Source: Candidatus Sysuimicrobiota bacterium (GTDB lineage: Bacteria; Sysuimicrobiota; Sysuimicrobiia; Sysuimicrobiales; Sysuimicrobiaceae). From it: 11,266 nt of DNA. Below the pieces are notes generated by a model. That model searched no databases, had not been told where the DNA came from, and was given only the letters and a program-made list of their open reading frames with translations. Positions 1 to 6,620 of this stretch are shown piece by piece. A program made the position numbers and the translations under genes. The DNA lies in contig PSLI01000052.1 in the NCBI GenBank assembly GCA_040289515.1, positions 1 to 11,266 on the forward strand, written 5' to 3'. Each line of letters begins with the position of its first letter. Position 1 is the stretch's first letter.

Positions 1-462
1 CGCGTCCGCCCGGCCTCCCCCTCCGCCGGCCACCGCTCCAGCTAGGCGCGCCACCGTGGGGGCGGAAAGCGGCGTCCCCCGCAGCGCCAGGGCGACGTCC
101 CCCTCGGCCAGCCCGTGCAGGTACAGCTCGGGCAAAAGCTCCGAGACCCCCTTTGTGCGCCGGGCGAACAGGGGCAGGATCCGGCTCTCGAACCGCTCCT
201 CAAGGCCCCGCACCCGGGGACGCCGGAGGGTGAGGGTGCCCATGGGGGTCAGGAGCCGCCGCGGCTTGCCGTAGCCGTTCCGGTCTCCAAAGGTTGCGTC
301 GACGGCGGCGCGCCGCGGGTACCGGACCCGGCCCAGAAGCTCCGTCACCTCGGCTTCCAGGGCCTCCTGGATGAGCGTCTGGACGGCGCCCGCCGCCACG
401 CGGGCAGCCCTTCCCAGGTGGGGCGTGACGTCAGGTTTCCCCGACGTGGTCCGCTGGTCCAT
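1..462 (-). pseudogene. IS256-family (mutator-type) transposase, N-terminal part, degenerate
   Basis: Manual translation: MDQRTTSG...VQTLIQEALEAEVTELLGRVRY...RNGYGKPRRLLTPMGTLTLRRPRVRGLEERFESRILPLFARRTKGVSELLPELYLHGLAEGD..ALRG. LEAEVT..LGR, RNGY and LY..GL are IS256 N-terminal motifs. Family-like residues fall into another frame near 420-385 (PTWEGLPAW) and below ~43 (LERWPAEGEAGRT), implying indels. Absent from the ORF track because the frame has no stop inside the window. Confidence 0.85.
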
Positions 463-556
463 GGCGGTGGCTCTCCTGCGGGCTTCCAAGCCCTGGTTGT
501 TCACCAAGAGGAGGGGACACCGCCTTCGCCGTTTACACACCCTTTGAGGGTACCTC
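1..556 (-). mobile_element. IS256-family element B (left end and 5' part; continues beyond window start), inserted into IS256 element A
   Basis: Minus strand from ~556 reads GAGGTACCCTCAAAGGGTGTGTAAA, an IS256-like terminus sharing the TGTAAA core of the end at 1173. It is followed by a structured leader, RBS AGGAG and ATG at 462. The boundary is uncertain by about 2 nt. Confidence 0.8.
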
Positions 557-1041
557 CCCTTCCGCCCGCGGGCGACCAAGCCACGCAAAAACTCCAGCCA
601 GAACTGAACTCGTACGTCTCTGCCGCGCCCACGTCGAACCCCAGGACCTCCCGTTCCCGCGTCTTGCACGCCCACGGCGATCACCGCCGCCATGTGCTGA
701 CCCCGTGCCCGGTACGCCTCCTGCACCACGGCCAGCAGCGCCCGCTCCAACCGCCTTCGCGGCTCCAACAGGCTCGGGAAGAAGCTACCCTGGCGCAGCT
801 TGGGGATCTGCAGTTCGACGGTGCCCACGCGCGGGTCCCAGCGCCGCGGACGGTACCCGTTGCGGTACGTCCTGCGGGTTTTGGTGCGTTCGTAGCGCTG
901 GGCGCCGATCCCCTCGCTGACCTCCAGCTCGATGAGCTGCTGCGCCAGCCAGCGCCGCCCTTCCCGCAGGGCATCGAGTCCAGGGTCGTCCGGGTCCTTT
1001 CGCAGGAGCTCAAGGAGTGCCATCCTAAGATCGGCGGCCAT
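557..1041 (-). pseudogene. IS256-family transposase, truncated and internally deleted
   Basis: MAADLRMALLELLRK...LAQQLIELEVSEGIGAQRYERTKTRRTYRNGYRPRRWDPRVGTVELQIPKLRQGSFFPSLLEPRRRLERALLAVVQEAY is a typical IS256 N-terminus. It then jumps to MAAVIAVGV, has REVLGFDVGAAETYEF in a shifted frame, and returns to FWLEFLRGLVARG before the interruption. Confidence 0.9.
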
Positions 1042-1147
1042 CGGTCCGCTGCCTCCTTTCGTCTGGGTTGGTCTAACCCGAAGGGAAGCTGCCGGTGGCC
1101 CCCTTTTGTCAAGGCGTGCTAGCCCTGGGCCCTAGGGCCCACGGGAA

Positions 1148-1173
1148 TTTACACCACCACCCGGGACTCTAAC
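1148..1173 (-). repeat. Terminal inverted repeat (left end) of IS256 element A
   Basis: Read inward, GTTAGAGTCCCGGGTGGTGGTGTAAA matches 17 of 26 positions without gaps to the end at 11193-11218 (GGTCACGTCCCGTCAAGTGGTGGAAA). Confidence 0.75.
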
Positions 1174-1509
1174 GCTTTTTTGCTGCGGCATGACCTCCAG
1201 CGGCGCAACGGCTACTTTCGTTTCACAGCGTGGAGAAACCGGGACGCGTACTTCTTCGACGAGGTTTGACCCGCGTTACCCGCATCTGGGCCTGCCGCAC
1301 GGGTCGGCCCGGCAGGTTCCGACGGGGGTGTGGGAGCGGGAGGTACGACCGCGGGTGGGTGTGGGTGAACCCCTCGTACGGAAGCGAAGACGGTGGCGGT
1401 GTTTACCGGCCGCGCCCGCGTACTGAACCACGACAACTTCCGCGATCCCGCAGCGGTGGCTCCTCAAAGCCAGTTTCAATTGGGGCCCTGGAAGGGGTTG
1501 CGGGGCTGA
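1174..1509 (+). pseudogene. 3' remnant of a putative glycoside hydrolase (GHL15-like hypothetical family), frameshifted and 5'-truncated by IS256 element A
   Basis: Removing single extra bases at ~1264, ~1343 and ~1377 gives AFLLRHDLQRRNGYFRFTAWRNRDAYFFDE/FDPRYPHLGLPHGSARQVPTGVWERE/YDRGWVWVNPS/TEAKTVAVFTGRARV...FQLGPWKG. This fits the pattern A.(F/Y)LL...E(Y/F)D..LG.P.G....GVW.R.(F/Y)..G.V.VNP that I recall from the C-terminus of GHL15-type proteins. It begins exactly at the IS end. Confidence 0.6.
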
Positions 1510-1599
1510 GGGAGTGAGGACACTGTCGCGGGCACCGCTGGGCACCTCTTCGCTGCCCCCGGGTGGCGGCTAGCCGGGCCCGCTCGGACGGCCAGCGCA

Positions 1600-1850
1600 G
1601 CTTACCTGGCACCCTCCGCAATCGCGCCGGGCCAGCTCGATGCCCGAGGTGCATCAGGCCAGCTCTGGGCAAGGTGCCCTGCTCGGCCTCCCACGCTAAG
1701 GGCGAGAGCCGCCCGCGGCATGCCCGTGCCCGCTTGGAGTGCAAGCCGTCGGGTCCGTAGGCCAGGTAGCGGCACCGCCGCCGCACAGGGTGCGGGAATA
1801 TCAGACTTGTAGCAGGGCTGGCTCACGCGGCGGTACGGCTTCGGCGTGGC
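1600..1850 (-). pseudogene. Highly degraded N-terminal HTH region of a probable IS481-like transposase
   Basis: Across frames the minus strand reads RHAEA..VSQPCYKSDI/SRTL/..RRRCRYLAYGPDGLHSKRARACRGRLSPLAWEAEQ...GPARL. This resembles the pattern VS.AC...GISR...Y.W..RY...G..GL....R.GR of IS481/IS630-type transposase N-termini. No termini or catalytic domain are visible; boundaries are approximate. Confidence 0.45.
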
Positions 1851-1990
1851 GCTTTGTACGTCTGCACCCTCTTATGCGAACGTACGCGCGTGCGAACAGC
1901 TGTATGCACCAACGGTCGTAGGCCGCATATTTGAGGTGACTTTTTCTTCAGCAGCAGGAGCTGATTGCGATGGTGCCGAAAACCCCATAC

Positions 1991-2016
1991 TGGAAAGTTA
2001 TTCCGAAATACGGGAA
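1991..2016. promoter_or_regulatory. Putative IclR-family operator (overlapping imperfect palindromes) upstream of the regulator start
   Basis: AT-rich island TGGAAAGTTATTCCGAAATACGGGAA containing TGGAAA-GTT-ATTCCG (1991-2005) and TTCCG-AAATA-CGGGA (2001-2015). These ~15 bp dyads resemble IclR-family boxes such as E. coli IclR TGGAAATnATTTCCA, and end 5 nt before the GTG at 2022. Confidence 0.55.
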
Positions 2017-2021
2017 AACAA

Positions 2022-2810
2022 GTGGCACGCCCACGTACTCTGGAACACGACGGGCTCCGCACTGTGGAGCGGGCTGCGGAAGTACTCCGGCAATTTTCCT
2101 GCGACGGCCCAGCTCTCGGGCTCCAGGAGCTGGCCCGGTCCCTAGGGCTTCCCCGGAGCACGGCCCACCGCCTCCTGCGCTCCATGGAAGCTGCCGGTTT
2201 CCTCGTGTACGACCCGGAGAGCCGAACGTACCGATTGGGCCTGTGGCTAGCGCGGCTTGGCGAGGTGGCGATGGCCTCGGTGGAACTCCGGACTGCTGCG
2301 CGCCCGTACCTCCAGTCCCTCGCCGCCGAGACCGGTGAGTCCGCCCTCCTCCTGGTGGTCCGGGGTTCTTCGGCGGTTGTCATCGACGTCCAGGAGAGCC
2401 AGTCGCCGCTGCGGCTCACCCTACCGGTGGGCACCCCCTGGCCTTTGCACGCCGGTGCCAGCAACCGCGTGCTCCTTGCCTTCTTGCCCGCCCACGAACG
2501 GGAGGAGATCCTCCGCCAGCCTCTTGACCGGATCACCCAGCGGACGATCACCGATCCCGACCGGCTTCGTCGGGAACTTGACTGGGTGCGGCACCGGGGG
2601 TTCGCCTACTCGGTCGGTGAGCTCACTCCGGGGGTGGCGGCCGTCGCAGTCCCCATCCTCGCGGATGGGAGGCTGCTGGGCGGGCTTGCGGTAGCTGGCC
2701 CCGCTGCCCGCCTGACGCGCGGCCGAGTGCCCGGGGTCGTCCGGCGCCTTCAGGAGGCGGCGGCTGCCATCGCACGCAACCTGTACGGGAGCCCCATAAA
2801 GCCCAGCTAG
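2022..2810 (+). CDS. IclR-family transcriptional regulator (~262 aa)
   Basis: LRTVERAAEVL, HTH LGLQELARSLGLPRSTAHRLLRSM..AGFL, YRLG, and effector-domain motifs PLHAGASNRVLLAF and GFAYSVGELTPGVAAVAVP. GTG at 2022 is preferred over the track's TTG at 1965, whose extra residues cross the AT-rich control region. Confidence 0.95.
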   Translation: MARPRTLEHDGLRTVERAAEVLRQFSCDGPALGLQELARSLGLPRSTAHRLLRSMEAAGFLVYDPESRTYRLGLWLARLGEVAMASVELRTAARPYLQSLAAETGESALLLVVRGSSAVVIDVQESQSPLRLTLPVGTPWPLHAGASNRVLLAFLPAHEREEILRQPLDRITQRTITDPDRLRRELDWVRHRGFAYSVGELTPGVAAVAVPILADGRLLGGLAVAGPAARLTRGRVPGVVRRLQEAAAAIARNLYGSPIKPS

Positions 2811-2822
2811 GAGGTGATCCTG

Positions 2823-3866
2823 ATGATGCACAGGGCTGTGGGAATCGTGATGATCGTGCTCCTGCTCAGCGCCGGTGTGGCCGCGGGTCCTGCCGTACGC
2901 GGCGCTATCGTCGTCACGAGCTACGGTGGATCGTGGGAGGAGTTCATGCGGAAGGTGATCGTTCCCGGGTTCGAGTCCCAGTACCCAGGGACGAAAGTGG
3001 AACTGGCGGTGGGTCTATCGCGGGACTGGGTGGCGAAGCTGCGCGCAGCCGGGAAGGACAACCCGCCGTACGATGTGGTAATCGCAAACACTGTGTGGGT
3101 CTCCGCGGCCCGGAGTGAGGGATTCTTCGAAACGATTACCGCGGAGCGCGTTCCGAACCTGCGCGACGTGTGGCCGGAGCTGCGCAACCCACAGGATAAC
3201 GGCGTGATCTTTGCCATCAATCCTCTTGGGATCGCCTACCGGAGGGACCTCGTCAGGACACCGCCTAAGCGCTGGCGAGACCTGTGGAGCCCTGAGTACA
3301 GGGGGCGACTTGGCATCTACAGCATAAACAACTCCGCCGGGCCGATGTTCATCATGATGACCGCCCGAATCTTCGCCGGCGACCCGAAGAACTTCCGGGC
3401 GGGTATTGAGCGAATCAAGGAGCTCCGGCCCTTCCGGCAAACGGACTTTTCTGGAGATATGGAGAAGCTGCTGACGGCCGGAGAAGTCCACATTGGGATC
3501 TTAGACGCACCTGCTGCGTCTCGCCTCCGGCTGCAAGGCGTGCCCATTGAGTTCGTGGTGCCGCTCGAGGGAATGTTTATGTTCGAGCAGGACACGAACG
3601 TGACGGTGGGGTCCAAGAACAAATCTACGGCGTTCATGTTCGTGAACTACATGCTGGATCCAGCCACGCAGGAGAAGTGGGCACGTCAGTACTTCGTCAC
3701 GCCCGCGAACCGTAAGGTGCGGATTGGGGGGGAGCTGGCGCGCTGGATCCCGGTCCACACGGGCCCGCAGATCCGGTCCATCGTCAAGTGGGATTGGGAG
3801 TGGTTCAATCGTGGGGCTCGTGAGCAGATGATTGAGCTGTGGAACCGGGAAATCGTGAGCCGGTAG
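2823..3866 (+). CDS. ABC transporter substrate-binding protein, PotD/PotF-like superfamily (~347 aa)
   Basis: RBS GGAGGTGA at 2810-2817 with ATG at 2823 (or 2826). Sec-type signal peptide without Cys. Motifs VVTSYGGSW, VPNL, GIAYRRD, PKRWRDLWSPEYRGR, LLTAGEV, P.EG, AFMFVNYMLDPATQ, PAN and ELWN. Confidence 0.92.
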   Translation: MMHRAVGIVMIVLLLSAGVAAGPAVRGAIVVTSYGGSWEEFMRKVIVPGFESQYPGTKVELAVGLSRDWVAKLRAAGKDNPPYDVVIANTVWVSAARSEGFFETITAERVPNLRDVWPELRNPQDNGVIFAINPLGIAYRRDLVRTPPKRWRDLWSPEYRGRLGIYSINNSAGPMFIMMTARIFAGDPKNFRAGIERIKELRPFRQTDFSGDMEKLLTAGEVHIGILDAPAASRLRLQGVPIEFVVPLEGMFMFEQDTNVTVGSKNKSTAFMFVNYMLDPATQEKWARQYFVTPANRKVRIGGELARWIPVHTGPQIRSIVKWDWEWFNRGAREQMIELWNREIVSR

Positions 3867-3870
3867 GGCC

Positions 3871-4920
3871 ATGGCGTCCATCCAACTGGATGGTGTAACG
3901 AAACGGTTCGGCCCAGTGGTGGCGGTCCGGGGGTTGAGCCTGCAAGTCCGGGAGGGGGAGCTCTTGACCCTGTTGGGTCCTTCGGGGTGCGGGAAAACCA
4001 CAACTTTGCGTCTGCTGGCAGGCTTTTTGACACCGGAGGAGGGGAGGATTTTCTTTGGGGAACTGGACGTGACGCGCCTCGCGCCGGAGCACCGCAATGT
4101 GGGCATTGTCTTTCAGAACTACGCCCTGTTCCCGCATATGACGGTCGCGCAGAACGTGGCCTTCGGGCTAGAGGTTCGTGGCCTACCGGGCCGGGAGATC
4201 CGCTCCCGAGTGCGCGAAATTCTGGAGCGGGTGCAGCTGCGAGGTCTGGAACAGCGCTACCCCCATCAACTGTCGGGCGGGCAACAGCAGCGGGTAGCCC
4301 TCGCGCGCGCTCTTGTGATCAACCCGGAGGTCCTCCTGCTGGACGAGCCCCTGGCGAACCTTGACGCCAAGCTGCGGGAGGAGATGCGCTTTTACATCCG
4401 CCACCTCCAGCAGGAGTTCCGGATTACGACGATCTACGTCACCCACGACCAGGCCGAGGCCATGGCGCTGGCGGACCGCATTGCCCTTCTCCGGGACGGC
4501 GTTCTGCAGCAGGTGGCCCGTCCAGAGGAGATCTACCGAAGGCCCCAAAGCAAGTGGGTGGCGGACTTTGTGGGTGTGTGCAACTTCATCCCAGGCCGGG
4601 TCCTGGGGCAGGAGGACGGCTTTCTGGTGGTCCAAACGCCGGTGGGTCTTTTGCGGTGTAGCGGGACTGCAGGCCCGGGCCGCGTGCTCGTGTGCGTGCG
4701 GCCTGAGTCCCTGCGTCCCCAGGCAGAGGGGCCGAACCGGATCGCCGGCGTCGTTCGCTCGCGGACGTTCCTCGGCAACCTCCTGGACGTGCGGGTCTTT
4801 TGCCCGGGAGAGGTGGTGCTGCGGGTGCAGTGCCCGCTTACGTGGGATGCACAGCCGGGCGAATCTCTCCACCTTGCATTTCGAGCACAGGACGCCTGGG
4901 TAGTTTCTGAGGAGGGCTGA
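3871..4920 (+). CDS. ABC transporter ATP-binding protein, PotA-like with C-terminal TOBE-type domain (349 aa)
   Basis: Walker A GPSGCGKTT, Q-loop VFQNYALFPHMTV, signature LSGGQQQR, Walker B LLLDEP, H-loop YVTHDQAEA, and VRPE in the C-terminal domain. Confidence 0.97.
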   Translation: MASIQLDGVTKRFGPVVAVRGLSLQVREGELLTLLGPSGCGKTTTLRLLAGFLTPEEGRIFFGELDVTRLAPEHRNVGIVFQNYALFPHMTVAQNVAFGLEVRGLPGREIRSRVREILERVQLRGLEQRYPHQLSGGQQQRVALARALVINPEVLLLDEPLANLDAKLREEMRFYIRHLQQEFRITTIYVTHDQAEAMALADRIALLRDGVLQQVARPEEIYRRPQSKWVADFVGVCNFIPGRVLGQEDGFLVVQTPVGLLRCSGTAGPGRVLVCVRPESLRPQAEGPNRIAGVVRSRTFLGNLLDVRVFCPGEVVLRVQCPLTWDAQPGESLHLAFRAQDAWVVSEEG

Positions 4921-4923
4921 CAC

Positions 4924-5817
4924 ATGGCACGAGCAGCTGAAATGGCCCGGCTTCGGGTGCGCCGGCCCCCCCGCAGCGCTCCACCGGCGGTCTTGTTGCT
5001 GCTGCCGTCGGGGCTGTTCCTGGCAGCCTTCTTTCTCGTCCCCTACGGAAACATGGTTCGCATGAGCTTCCTCGCGAAGGCCGAGGGCGCTGCGTTTGCG
5101 AACGGCGTGACGCTGGAGAACTACCTGCGAATCTTGCAGGACGCCTTCTACTGGCGAGTGATAGGCCGGACCTTCTGGCTTGCGGGCCTGAGCACAGTCC
5201 TGACCCTCCTTTTAGGGTATCCGGTCGCCTACGCCATCGCCCGTGCACCGGGGCCGCGGCGGCCGTTGCTCCTGATGTTGCTCTTGGCCCCCCTTCTCGT
5301 CGGGGCAGTGGTGCGCTCCTACGGCTGGATGATCCTGCTGGGCCGGGTTGGGCTTATCAACCAGACGCTGCGAATACTAGGCGTGGGGGAAGTAGAGCTC
5401 ATGTACAACACTTTCGGTGTTGTGATCGGTCTCGTGCACGTGTATCTGCCATTCATGGTTCTTGCATTGGCAAGTGCTTTGGAGCAGATTCCTGCGGAGG
5501 TTGAGCTGGCAGCCCGGTCCCTCGGAGCCGCACCGTGGAGGACGTTCTGGCGGGTGACCTGGCCCCTGTCGTTACCGGGCGTGTTTTCGGGTTCGATGCT
5601 GGTCTTCGTACTAGCCTTGAGCGCCTACGTGATCCCCATTCTGCTGGGAGGGAATAACGTGCTTGTGATGCCTATCCTGATTGTGCAGATGCTCTTGGAT
5701 GCGTTCAACTGGCCGGTTGGATCTGCGATGGCCATGGTACTCTTTGGCCTGGCCTGTGTTGTGCTGTTGGTGTACGTGAAAACGGCAAATCGAGTTCTCC
5801 GCTGGATTGGGCGGTGA
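4924..5817 (+). CDS. ABC transporter permease, PotB-like (297 aa)
   Basis: Multiple hydrophobic helices. Motifs TLENY, LGYPVAY, VVRSYGW..LL...GLIN, HVYLPFMVL, EAA-type loop ELAARSLGA and TFWRVTWPLSLPG. An alternative ATG lies at 4942. Confidence 0.95.
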   Translation: MARAAEMARLRVRRPPRSAPPAVLLLLPSGLFLAAFFLVPYGNMVRMSFLAKAEGAAFANGVTLENYLRILQDAFYWRVIGRTFWLAGLSTVLTLLLGYPVAYAIARAPGPRRPLLLMLLLAPLLVGAVVRSYGWMILLGRVGLINQTLRILGVGEVELMYNTFGVVIGLVHVYLPFMVLALASALEQIPAEVELAARSLGAAPWRTFWRVTWPLSLPGVFSGSMLVFVLALSAYVIPILLGGNNVLVMPILIVQMLLDAFNWPVGSAMAMVLFGLACVVLLVYVKTANRVLRWIGR

Positions 5818-6620
5818 GTACAACGGTCCGTCGACTGGGCTTTCTCGGGGTGACTGTCGCCATCTACGGGTTTTTACTTGCTCCGATCGTCATCGTGGTT
5901 GTTGCGGCGTTTAACGCTGGAGAGTATTTGCGCTTCCCCCCCGAGGGGATCTCTTTACGGTGGTTTGCGAAGTTTTTTGCGAGCGAGCCGTTCGTACGCT
6001 CTTTCTGGTTCAGCCTGAAGCTGGCGTGGCTGTGCACCGTTGTGAGCACTGTGCTCGGGGGGACGGCCGCTTTCTACGTGGTGCGGCATGCGGGGCGCTT
6101 GCGAGACGTTCTGCGGCTCCTCCTGGTGGCCCCGCTGCAGCTTCCGGCAATCCTCACCGGGATCGCGCTGCTGCTATTTTTTTACAGCGTGGGGCTGGGG
6201 ACGCGAGGGATGGGGGGCCTTTTGATCGGCCACACCGTCGTCTCTGTTCCGTACGTATTCCTCATTGTGAGTACCGTGTTGCTGCGGTTCGACCGCAGCC
6301 TGGAGGAGGCCGCGAGGTCGCTGGGGGCTTCTGCCTGGGCGACCTTTTGGCGGGTGACGCTTCCGCTGATTCGGGGCGGAGTCATTTCGGGGGCACTGTT
6401 CGCGTTCATCACGTCATTTGACCAGTTCCCGATTTCATTGCTCCTGGTGAGCGTTGGCAACACGACACTGCCGATCCAGCTGTTTGACTATCTGCGGTTT
6501 TCGTTCGATCCGACGGCGGCAGCAGCGTCTACGGTGAGCGTAGTCATGAGCGTGATGGTGGTGTGGCTGATCCATCGGTTGGTCGGACTGGAGCAGGTGA
6601 CCTGGGGAGGTCCGCGGTGA
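5814..6620 (+). CDS. ABC transporter permease, PotC-like (268 aa)
   Basis: GTG start overlaps the upstream TGA (GTGA). Motifs FPPEGISLRWF, LIGHT...PYV, LEEAARSLGA, TFWRVTLPLI, FAFITSFD and TLPIQLF. Confidence 0.95.
   Translation: MSTTVRRLGFLGVTVAIYGFLLAPIVIVVVAAFNAGEYLRFPPEGISLRWFAKFFASEPFVRSFWFSLKLAWLCTVVSTVLGGTAAFYVVRHAGRLRDVLRLLLVAPLQLPAILTGIALLLFFYSVGLGTRGMGGLLIGHTVVSVPYVFLIVSTVLLRFDRSLEEAARSLGASAWATFWRVTLPLIRGGVISGALFAFITSFDQFPISLLLVSVGNTTLPIQLFDYLRFSFDPTAAAASTVSVVMSVMVVWLIHRLVGLEQVTWGGPR

Larger units (their letters stand above)
557..1173 (-). mobile_element. IS256-family element A (left end and 5' part), interrupted at ~556 by element B
   Basis: Terminus GTTAGAGTCCCGGGTGGTGGTGTAAA (minus strand, 1173-1148), leader with RBS AAAGGAGG, transposase ATG at 1041. 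Family similarity stops abruptly where the element B terminus begins. Confidence 0.85.

Noticed and set aside
1071..1077. GTCTAAC resembling an integron attC inverse core
   Set aside because: It lies within the IS256 leader hairpin, with no matching core site, cassette structure or integrase.
115..1122. 335-aa plus-strand ORF
   Set aside because: Antisense shadow of the two minus-strand IS256 transposase remnants; it has no recognisable motifs of its own.
1107..1140. Perfect TTGACA on the minus strand (1112-1107) and 14-bp palindrome GGGCCCTAGGGCCC (1127-1140) in IS element A
   Set aside because: No -10 hexamer at a suitable spacing, and a GC-rich palindrome alone supports no function.
1863..1910. 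Short direct repeats TGCGAAC x2 (1875, 1891) and TGCACC x2 around a near-palindrome CGTACGCGCGTGCG
   Set aside because: Too short and too few to separate from chance; not a CRISPR array or iteron set.
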